41,745 nucleotides of DNA from Gemmatimonadota bacterium (GTDB taxonomy: Bacteria > Gemmatimonadota > Gemmatimonadetes > Gemmatimonadales > GWC2-71-9). A program made the translations under genes and the position numbers. Below the pieces are notes generated by a model. The model was not told the DNA's origin, did not search any database, and saw only the letters and a program-made list of their open reading frames with translations. Positions 34,543 to 41,745 of this stretch are shown here, one piece after another. The stretch's first letter is position 1. Each line of letters begins with the position of its first letter. The DNA lies in NCBI GenBank assembly GCA_039933355.1, contig JBDTOH010000001.1, positions 1-41,745 on the forward strand, written 5' to 3'.

Positions 34543-35084
34543 GACCGAGCTGGTTTCTCCGCTCTTCGGATCACCGCGCACGGGAGCCGCTTGCCCGCGT
34601 TTCCGGCCGGATCGGTATACTCGTCGTCGGTGCGCTCGTGGATCACCAGAGCCGAGGTGCCGTCGGCGCCGCGGAGTGAGCGCGGGCCCGGAAGCAGCGT
34701 CGCGCCGGTGACGAAGAAGACCGTATCGACGCGGCCCCGAGTGTCCACCGCGAGGTTGCCGAGGTCGCCGAGGTGCGGTCCCATCGGGTTGTGATGCCCG
34801 TGGTGCTTGAGAAACGGGTTGAGGTGCGGGCCGGCGGACTCGAAGCCAGGCGACTCGCAGCGGCCCAGACTATGGATATGCATTCCGATCAGCCCCGGCG
34901 GCAGCGTGCCGGCCACAATCCGGAACCGGATCGTGCCCCCGCTCTCCGTCAGCTCGAGGGATCCGATCGAATCGTCGGTGCCATTCTTGATCGCGGCGCG
35001 AATCGGCCCCTGCGCGTGGACCGGGCGCAGCGTTCCGGCCGGCAGGGTGAGCACCAGCAGCGAAACGAGCGCCTGAATCTTCAT
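34416..35084 (-). CDS. sodC: Cu/Zn superoxide dismutase, periplasmic, with an atypical ~50-aa C-terminal tail
   Basis: Starts at ATG 35084 with a signal peptide. Motifs GMHIHSLGRCE, HLGDLGNL and DPAGNAGKRLPCAVI are present. The reading frame continues 127 nt into the convergent POT gene before the first stop. Confidence 0.85.
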   Translation of the reverse strand: MKIQALVSLLVLTLPAGTLRPVHAQGPIRAAIKNGTDDSIGSLELTESGGTIRFRIVAGTLPPGLIGMHIHSLGRCESPGFESAGPHLNPFLKHHGHHNPMGPHLGDLGNLAVDTRGRVDTVFFVTGATLLPGPRSLRGADGTSALVIHERTDDEYTDPAGNAGKRLPCAVIRRAEKPARSYAFTPSPSIRLIGLTRRAISTAKPSTNSAFIPNNVGSESDS

Positions 35085-35129
35085 CCGGCCCCCCGGGTTA
35101 CAGCGGCACCTCCACGCTACATTGGGTTC

Positions 35130-38100
35130 ATGCGAAAGACCATCCCTGAAGTTCTCGGCGCCGTGCTGCTCCTCGCCGCGTGCTCCCGGCCGAGCGTCAC
35201 GGGGCGGTGGCACGACGAAGCGGGGTATCGCTGGCGCGAGCTGGCGGCTGCGCGCACCGACCGGGCCGGCTTCACTTCGCTCGCCGCGTCGGCCACCGGG
35301 CTCGCTTTCCAGAACGTGGTATCCGAAGCGAAGGCGGCCGCCAACCGGCACCTGATGCAGGGCGCCGGCGTCGCGATCGCGGATGTCGACGGCGATGGGC
35401 GCCCCGATGTCTACCTCACCCGCGCCGACGGGCCGAACGCGCTCTTCCTCAACCAGGGCGACTGGAAGTTCACGGAGGTCGCGGCCGAGCGGGGCGTCGC
35501 GTTAGGCGACCGGGCCTCGACCGGCGCGGTCTTCGCGGACGTGGACGGCGACGGAGACCAGGACCTGATCGTCGGCGCGATGAACGGGCGGAACGCGCTC
35601 TTTCTCAACGACGGCAAAGGCCATTTCACCGACGCGACGGCCGGGTCCGGCTTTGTGCCGGAGGCTCGCGGCACCACCTCGCTCGCGCTCGCGGACGTGG
35701 ACGGGGACGGGGACCTCGACCTCTATGTGGTGAACTACAAGGGCCGCACGATGTTGGACTCGCTCTCGCCGCAGGAGCGGGCCTTCGACCAGCTCGTCAA
35801 GAAGATCGGTGATCGGTACGAGATCATCCCGAGCCGCCAGGCCGACTATCGAGTCGTCCTCCGGCCCGACATCCGGGGCGTGAGCGTCGTGCAGCGCGCC
35901 GATCCGGACTGGTTCTATCTCAACGACGGTCACGGACACTTCACCCTCGAGCCGATCGCCCATAACCCGCGCTTCCTGGACGAAGACGGCAAGCCCCTCG
36001 AGGCCGAGCCCGAGGATTTCGGCCTCGCGGCCCGGTTCTTCGACGCCAACAACGACGGCGCCCCGGACCTCTACGTCGCCAACGATTTCGAGGACCCCGA
36101 TCAGTTCTGGCTCAACGACGGCTTCGGACGGTTCCGGCTGATCCGGCGGGAAGCGCTCCGGTCCACCAGCAACTCGACCATGGCGGTGGACGTCTCCGAC
36201 TTGAACGGCGACGGCTTCTTCGATCTGTTCACGGTGGACATGATGGGCCGCGACTCGCGCCGCCGGAAGATGGAGACGCCGACCCATACGCCGCTCCCGA
36301 AGAAGGCGGGCGATTATAGCGACCGGACCCAATGGCAGCGCAACGCGCTCCAGGTCAGCCGGGGCGACGGCACCTACGCGAACGTCGCGAACCTGGCGGG
36401 CGTCGAGGCGTCCGGATGGTCGTGGTCGGCGCTGTTCCTCGACGTCGATCTCGACGGCTACGAGGACCTGCTGATTGGAGCGGGTCACACCTGGGATCTC
36501 ATGGACTCCGACACCCAGGAACGCCTCAAGAGCACGCTGTTGGAAGTGGACTGGCGTCAGGAGCGGAGGCTCTATCCCAAGCTGCTCCTCGACAACGTGG
36601 CCTTCCGGAATCGCGGTGACCTCACCTTTGAGGACGCGACGACCGAGTGGGCCTTCTCCCCGGAGCCCGGCATCTCCCACGGCATGGCGCTCGGCGACCT
36701 CGACGGCGACGGCGACCTCGACGTCGTAGTGAACCGGCTCAACGCCCCGGCGCTCCTCCTCAGGAACGAGGCCGGCGCCGGCCGGATCGCCGTCCGGCTC
36801 GTCGGCCGAGCGCCTAACGTCCAAGCGGTGGGGAGCCGGATCGAGGTCCGCGGCGGCGCGGTCCCGGTCGAGATCAAGGAAGTATCGCTCGGCGGGCTCT
36901 ACCTCTCGAGCTCGGAGACCCTCTACAGCTTCGCGACCGGCCGGGCCGACTCCGTGACCGTGGCCGTCCGGTGGCGGAGCGGTGGGACGACCACGCTCCG
37001 GCTCAAGGCAGATCGCGAATACGAGATCAAGGACGCGGGCACCTCCAGGGCGCCGGGAGCGAAGCCCGAGGCGGCAGCTTCGCCCCTGTTCGAAGATGTC
37101 TCCAGCCTGCTCGACCATCGCGACGGTGAGACGGCGTTCGACGACTTCGCTCGCCAGCCGCTGCTCCCGTGGCAACTGAGCCAGCTCGGGCCGGGAGTGG
37201 GCTGGATCGACCTCGACGGCGACGGCGACGACGATCTGGTGATCGGCGCGGCCGGCGGAGAGCCGTTAGGCGTGTTCCGGAACGACGGCGGCCGGTTCAC
37301 CCGCGTGCCGGTGACGCTCGATCACGGCCGGTTCGACTTGACCGGCGTCGTCGGTCTGCCCGAGGGCCGAGGAGCGCGGGTTCTGGTGGGTCAGTCGAGC
37401 TATCGAGCCGAATCGCCGGCTGAAGCGGTCGGGGTGGCGGGCGTGCTCGCCGCCGACCTGAGTGGCGGGCGCGACCACGGAACCCGCCCCGCCGTGGGCG
37501 GCGATACCACGAGCGTTGGACCGCTCGCGCTCGCCGACTACGACGGGGACGGCCGGCTCGATCTGTTCGTCGGGGGCAGGGTCGCGCCGGGCGCCTATCC
37601 GCTGCCGGCGAACAGCCGGCTGTACCGGAACACCGCCGGTGGCTTCGTGCTTGACTCCGCGAACACGGCGGTGCTGCGAGGCGTCGGGCTCGTCTCCAGC
37701 GCCGTGTTCACGGATCTCGACGGCGACGGCGACGTCGATCTCTGTCTCGCGGTCGAGTGGGGACCGGTCAAGGTGCTGATCAACGATCACGGCCGGTTCA
37801 CCGATCAGACGGCGGCATGGGGACTCGCTGGGCTGACGGGGCGGTGGAATGGCCTTGCCGCGGGCGACTTCAACGGGGACGGCGCGATGGATCTCGTCGC
37901 CACCTCCTGGGGCCGCAACACCGGCATCAGCGCCGACTCGGCGGCGCCCCTCTATATGTATTACGGCAACTACGGCGGTGGGGGCACCGTCCAGATGCTC
38001 CTCGCCCAGGCCGATCCCCGCCTCGGCGGCCGGATCGCGCCGTTAGGCACTCTCTCCCGCCTCGCCAGCGTGCTCGCCGACGTGCGGGTCCGAACTCCGA

Positions 38101-38813
38101 CCTTCGCCGTCTACGCGGATGCCCCGATCGAACAGGTCCTCGGCCCGGCGATCCGCCAGGGCGGACGAGCCGAGGCGAGGACCCTCGACCACGTGGTGCT
38201 CATCAATCGGGCCGGCCGCTTCGAGCCGCATCCGCTCCCGCTGATGGCCCAGATCGCACCGGCCTTCGGCGTTGTGGTCGCCGACTTCGACGGCGACGGC
38301 CGCGAAGATCTGTTCCTGGCCCAGAACTTCTCGCAAACCGACATCGCCACGCCGCGGTTCGACGCCGGCGTCGGCGTCGAGCTCCTCGGCGACGGCGCCG
38401 GCGCCTTCAAAGCTGCGAGTGTCAAGGAGTCCGGTATCGAGATGTTCGGCGACCAGCGCGGCGCCGCGGTCGCCGACTTCGACGGCGACGGCCGCCCCGA
38501 CCTCGTGGTCGGTCAGAACGGCGCCGAAACCAAGCTTTACAAGAACCGGGCCGGCAAGCCCGGGCTCCACGTTAGGCTCCGCGGGCCGGAAGAAAACCCG
38601 AGCGGCATCGGCGCCCAGGTCCGGCTCCGGTACGGCACGGCATGGGGTCCGGCGCGGGAGATCCACGCCGGGGCGGGCTACTGGTCGGAGGACGGCTCGT
38701 CGCCGCTGTTAGGCGCGGCGGAAGCGGTGACGGGGGTGTGGGTGCGGTGGCCGGGCGGGCGAGTCGCGGAAGTCGCGGTGCCGGCGGAAGCCCATGAAGT
38801 GGAGGTGCGTTAG
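35130..38813 (+). CDS. FG-GAP/VCBS-repeat lipoprotein with two ASPIC/UnbV-like domains (CRTAC1 family, duplicated module)
   Basis: Starts at ATG 35130 (MRKTIPEVLGAVLLLAAC, a lipobox). It has many D(V/L)DGDGxxDL repeats. UnbV/ASPIC-like segments occur mid-protein (RIAVRLVGRAPNVQAVGSRIEV) and at the C-terminus (LHVRLRGPEENPSGIGAQVRL). Confidence 0.85.
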   Translation: MRKTIPEVLGAVLLLAACSRPSVTGRWHDEAGYRWRELAAARTDRAGFTSLAASATGLAFQNVVSEAKAAANRHLMQGAGVAIADVDGDGRPDVYLTRADGPNALFLNQGDWKFTEVAAERGVALGDRASTGAVFADVDGDGDQDLIVGAMNGRNALFLNDGKGHFTDATAGSGFVPEARGTTSLALADVDGDGDLDLYVVNYKGRTMLDSLSPQERAFDQLVKKIGDRYEIIPSRQADYRVVLRPDIRGVSVVQRADPDWFYLNDGHGHFTLEPIAHNPRFLDEDGKPLEAEPEDFGLAARFFDANNDGAPDLYVANDFEDPDQFWLNDGFGRFRLIRREALRSTSNSTMAVDVSDLNGDGFFDLFTVDMMGRDSRRRKMETPTHTPLPKKAGDYSDRTQWQRNALQVSRGDGTYANVANLAGVEASGWSWSALFLDVDLDGYEDLLIGAGHTWDLMDSDTQERLKSTLLEVDWRQERRLYPKLLLDNVAFRNRGDLTFEDATTEWAFSPEPGISHGMALGDLDGDGDLDVVVNRLNAPALLLRNEAGAGRIAVRLVGRAPNVQAVGSRIEVRGGAVPVEIKEVSLGGLYLSSSETLYSFATGRADSVTVAVRWRSGGTTTLRLKADREYEIKDAGTSRAPGAKPEAAASPLFEDVSSLLDHRDGETAFDDFARQPLLPWQLSQLGPGVGWIDLDGDGDDDLVIGAAGGEPLGVFRNDGGRFTRVPVTLDHGRFDLTGVVGLPEGRGARVLVGQSSYRAESPAEAVGVAGVLAADLSGGRDHGTRPAVGGDTTSVGPLALADYDGDGRLDLFVGGRVAPGAYPLPANSRLYRNTAGGFVLDSANTAVLRGVGLVSSAVFTDLDGDGDVDLCLAVEWGPVKVLINDHGRFTDQTAAWGLAGLTGRWNGLAAGDFNGDGAMDLVATSWGRNTGISADSAAPLYMYYGNYGGGGTVQMLLAQADPRLGGRIAPLGTLSRLASVLADVRVRTPTFAVYADAPIEQVLGPAIRQGGRAEARTLDHVVLINRAGRFEPHPLPLMAQIAPAFGVVVADFDGDGREDLFLAQNFSQTDIATPRFDAGVGVELLGDGAGAFKAASVKESGIEMFGDQRGAAVADFDGDGRPDLVVGQNGAETKLYKNRAGKPGLHVRLRGPEENPSGIGAQVRLRYGTAWGPAREIHAGAGYWSEDGSSPLLGAAEAVTGVWVRWPGGRVAEVAVPAEAHEVEVR

Positions 38814-38842
38814 GAGCAGGCCACGGTTGAACCGCCGCCCAG

Positions 38843-39217
38843 TCAACGGGCGGGATGGCCCCGGATAGTGAACGCTCCGGTCTCGACCCATTGCGCGCTG
38901 CTGTCCGCGTTCTCGAGCCAAAGTCGCACCTGGTCTGAGGACGCGAGCCCGAAGCCGGTCACAAAGCCGACCGGAGCTGTCCAAACAAGGGAATCAGGCG
39001 ACGAGGGAGCCGCCGTCAGCAGGTAGCCTTTGTCCTTGCCACCCATCACAGCGCCGAGGGCTCGTCGCTTGTAAGCACTGGCTATGTCGCACTCGCACCC
39101 GTCACTCGTCGCTGCGAAGTGAGCTATAAAGCGATCGCGGCGCTGACGAGGCACGCTGTCCACGGTAGCCAGCCAGCACCTCCCCAGTCGCTGATCGATC
39201 CGGATTCCCACGAACAC
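38843..39217 (-). CDS. hypothetical protein (weak call)
   Basis: 124-codon ORF with a GTG start in a lower-GC spacer. The sequence is protein-like, but no family was recognised and no clear RBS is present. Confidence 0.35.
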   Translation of the reverse strand: MFVGIRIDQRLGRCWLATVDSVPRQRRDRFIAHFAATSDGCECDIASAYKRRALGAVMGGKDKGYLLTAAPSSPDSLVWTAPVGFVTGFGLASSDQVRLWLENADSSAQWVETGAFTIRGHPAR

Positions 39218-39293
39218 GGACCTGCATCCGCTCCGTTAAATCCGCTTCCACATTGGGCGGCGCGCCCCGGGCGAGGGAACCGTCGTTCCGTCC

Positions 39294-41240
39294 TCAGCCT
39301 GCACTGGTTTCAGCAACTACGTTCGGATTGTGTGTTCTGGCTGAGTATCCGGTCCACTCAGGGCAGTCGTCGACGAACTGCCGCAACCAGATCTCGAGGC
39401 TCACCAAGTTGAAAATCTCCACCGAGTGGTCAGCTTGGCCGGCCAGCTGGGAGTTCAGCATGGTCTCGACGAGTGACTGGTCGATCAGTTGCCGCGCTCC
39501 GGTTTGCCCGTTCAGGAGAAGGTCACGGACGGCCTTGCCAAGCCCGCCCTGAAGCCAAGCCGCGAACGGGGTCGGAAAACCCTTCTTCTCACGCCGCCAT
39601 AAGACATCCGGGGGTAGTCGACCATCCATCGCGCGCCGCAGCACCGCCTTGGTGTATCCTTTGGAGAATCGCTGGTCCGCCGACAGGGCCAGGCAGTACT
39701 CGACCAAGGGCCGATCGAGAAATGGGACTCGGGATTCAACCGAGAATGCCATGCTGATCCGATCCTCGAACAGGAGCAGCGATGGTAGGAGCCCTCGGCT
39801 CAGTGTGTTCCACTGGGCTCGCGTAAGCCCATCTTCGATACCTGGCGGTTCGACGATCGGATTGTGCTCGTCGAGAACCGCGGCCTCGATCGCCCCCACC
39901 GAGAGCAGCCCCCGTTCAGTCGCTGGCCGAAACAATCGCTTGAGCCGCCCTAGATCGGACTGGGACTCACGCAGGCCGACCCGATGGTTGAAACCAAGGC
40001 TCTCCCGGAGCACGCTTCTCCCGAAATTGCCCGGCGCCACCGAACGGTACGCCCTGAACTCCCGGAGACCTCGTATGAGTTTGCCCCTGCGCAGCAAGTC
40101 GGCGAGGAATGCCTTGACGAGAAACGGATAGCCGCCGAGCATCTCGTCGGCGCCTTGCCCATCGAGGAGGACGGTCACGTGGGCGGCAGCCAGTTCAATG
40201 ACCTTCCATTGCGAGTACACCCCAATGCCCTGATCCGGCTCGCCGCTGGCCGCGATCATCCGTTGGAGGGTTACCAGATAATCGACGGCCCCGTCCGGAG
40301 AAAACTCGGTCTGTTGCGTCCCGAATCGCTCCGCAACCTGACGGAAATAGCGGGACTCGGACGATGACGTACCCGGGTAGTCGACCGAAAAGGTCCGCAG
40401 CGGATCGCCGTTAGGCGATAGGGCGACCAGCGAGCTCGAGTCGAGCCCCCCGCTGAGACAGATCCCGACCGGCACGTCGCTTCGAAAATGGAGCCGAATG
40501 GAATCGGTGAGGAGGGTTCGAAAGCCCTCCTCGGGCGGCGTGCCCCGATGGTCGCGCCGGACCGCCTCCAAGTCGGGCATCCAATATCGCGTGAGCGTCA
40601 GCCGACCGTTCTGCAGGGTGAGGTTGGTGGCGGGTGGCAGGGCGACGATTCCGTCGAATGACGTCTCATCGTAGCGCTCGAACCGGCGATCTGAAAGTTG
40701 TCGAATCAGGAAGGCCCAATTCGGCGCATGGCTGTCGGCGGTCAAAAGCGCCCGAATGTCCGATGCGAAATGGAAGGCCTCGCCCGAGTGCCGGTAAAAG
40801 AACGGCTTGATCCCAAACGGGTCTCTGCTGCAGAACAACTCGCGGTTGCGGCTGTCCCAAATGGCAAATGCCCACATGCCGCGCAACCGGTGGACGCACT
40901 CCGCGCCCCAAGTTTGGTAGGCGGCGAGAAGGACCTCGGTATCAGTGGCGGTCTGGAACGAGTATCCGAGCCGATGGAGCTCATGACGGAGCTCGATGTA
41001 GTTGTAGATCTCGCCGTTATACGTGAGCGTCAACGACTCGTCCGCGGTCTTCATCGGCTGGGCGCCTGCATCGGAAAGATCGATGATTGCCAGCCGCCGA
41101 TGACCTAACCCGACGGAGCCGTCGACCCAGATCCCGGCACCGTCGGGACCGCGATGGGCTTGCGAGTCTGTCATCCACTGGAGGTGGTGCTGGTCGACCG
41201 GCCGGCCACGAAGCTCGAGAATTCCTGCGATACCGCACAT
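39294..41240 (-). CDS. asnB: asparagine synthase (glutamine-hydrolysing), AsnB family
   Basis: It has the N-terminal nucleophile MCGIAG, a class-II glutamine amidotransferase domain, and the PP-loop LSGGLDSS. Confidence 0.85.
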   Translation of the reverse strand: MCGIAGILELRGRPVDQHHLQWMTDSQAHRGPDGAGIWVDGSVGLGHRRLAIIDLSDAGAQPMKTADESLTLTYNGEIYNYIELRHELHRLGYSFQTATDTEVLLAAYQTWGAECVHRLRGMWAFAIWDSRNRELFCSRDPFGIKPFFYRHSGEAFHFASDIRALLTADSHAPNWAFLIRQLSDRRFERYDETSFDGIVALPPATNLTLQNGRLTLTRYWMPDLEAVRRDHRGTPPEEGFRTLLTDSIRLHFRSDVPVGICLSGGLDSSSLVALSPNGDPLRTFSVDYPGTSSSESRYFRQVAERFGTQQTEFSPDGAVDYLVTLQRMIAASGEPDQGIGVYSQWKVIELAAAHVTVLLDGQGADEMLGGYPFLVKAFLADLLRRGKLIRGLREFRAYRSVAPGNFGRSVLRESLGFNHRVGLRESQSDLGRLKRLFRPATERGLLSVGAIEAAVLDEHNPIVEPPGIEDGLTRAQWNTLSRGLLPSLLLFEDRISMAFSVESRVPFLDRPLVEYCLALSADQRFSKGYTKAVLRRAMDGRLPPDVLWRREKKGFPTPFAAWLQGGLGKAVRDLLLNGQTGARQLIDQSLVETMLNSQLAGQADHSVEIFNLVSLEIWLRQFVDDCPEWTGYSARTHNPNVVAETSAG

Positions 41241-41426
41241 TGAACCCTGCTTTCAACGCAACGAGATAGTGACCGGGAGGCTCCGCCGAAACATGCCGAG
41301 GCGGGTACGGACGTCTTGCCAGCCCCGCGAGTACGCAATGCCCCCACGGCACTAGGATTCCGCTAAGAAATCTCATCGCTGGGAGTTGCAGCAGGCTGTT
41401 GCCGCCGGCGTCCGGTTTAGGCTCCC

Positions 41427-41745
41427 TTACTTGGAGGGACTGAGTCCGTCGCCATTGAGGTCAAGTCGGGAGATCAACTGGAAGAAACGGCGTGCCTGGA
41501 CCGATCGTCCCAAGTCGGGGTTCGACGTCGCGAGGGGCTGTGGCCTTCCGGTCTCCTGGAACTGCTGAAGACGATGGTCGAGGGCCCGTTCAATGCCGTC
41601 GACGTCGGTCGGTGCCACCACGTCTGCGCCCGCCTGGTGAAGAACCTGCCCGGTGGCGCTCGACCGGTCTGCCAGCGCCAAAAGCCAGGCTGGTGAGGTC
41701 ATGTATTCGAATACTTTCGACGGGATCGACAGGTCCGCCGACTGC
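41427..41745 (-). CDS. glycosyltransferase, C-terminal fragment (5' end outside the window)
   Basis: The frame is open to the window edge (...QSADLSIPSKVFEYMTSPAWLLALAD...). The PSKxFEY motif is typical of GT-B sugar transferases. Confidence 0.55.
   Translation of the reverse strand, partial: QSADLSIPSKVFEYMTSPAWLLALADRSSATGQVLHQAGADVVAPTDVDGIERALDHRLQQFQETGRPQPLATSNPDLGRSVQARRFFQLISRLDLNGDGLSPSK

Noticed and set aside
39294-41240. The asparagine-synthase homolog as a lasso-peptide cyclase or other RiPP enzyme.
   Set aside because: It has an intact N-terminal Cys glutaminase domain (MCGIAG). No adjacent precursor peptide, transglutaminase-like protease or RRE gene is present. The neighbour is a glycosyltransferase, which favours a polysaccharide or amidotransferase role.
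1-41745. Apparent enrichment of GCGATCGC (the HIP1-like palindrome), about 7 copies against about 2 expected.
   Set aside because: The excess is modest and is readily explained by the common GCG-ATC-GCC (Ala-Ile-Ala) codon strings in a high-GC genome. It needs a proper null model before any claim.

Overview
This is a 41.7 kb, high-GC (roughly 66-68% by eye) bacterial chromosomal segment, densely coding, with about 40 genes, most on the minus strand. I recognised no rRNA, tRNA, CRISPR array, transposase or integrase. The phylum cannot be determined from sequence alone; it looks like a high-GC soil-type bacterium.

Gene content, left to right:
- M20 peptidase, a Mo-cofactor oxidoreductase, a DAACS symporter, an SDR, and a large TolB-propeller/amidohydrolase.
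- A complete pyruvate dehydrogenase plus lipoylation block: lipB ... lpdA-E2-pdhB-pdhA-lipA, with vapBC directly upstream of lipA.
- A serine hydrolase.
- A translationally coupled operon: ECF sigma, RskA-like anti-sigma, DUF1684, TlpA-like thioredoxin, OFA-MFS.
- A secreted four-gene operon: DUF4331 N-half, DUF4331 C-half lipoprotein, TPR, and a small His-N-terminal protein. A frameshifted TPR paralog remnant lies upstream of this operon.
- A DAO/ThiO-like flavoprotein.
- An envelope operon: lipoprotein, GT4, GT2, DUF3108.
- A POT peptide transporter, Cu/Zn SOD, and a 1227-aa two-module FG-GAP/ASPIC (CRTAC1-like) lipoprotein.
- A lower-GC tail with asparagine synthase and a glycosyltransferase cut by the window edge.

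The most unusual signals are at sequence level rather than gene level:
1. Six intergenic or intercistronic loci are built from tandem heptanucleotides, each locus with its own unit. The units are mostly arranged as complementary arms of long hairpins, and two loci are copies of one element.
2. The 7-mer GTTAGGC (usually CGTTAGGC) occurs 23 times against about 5 expected. It supplies nearly all uses of the otherwise rare TTA codon, as TTA-GGC = Leu-Gly.
3. An AT-rich 14-mer, TATATACTTCTCGC, is shared by two promoter-like sites, one of them almost abutting a start codon.

All counts were made by eye from the sequence and should be recomputed.
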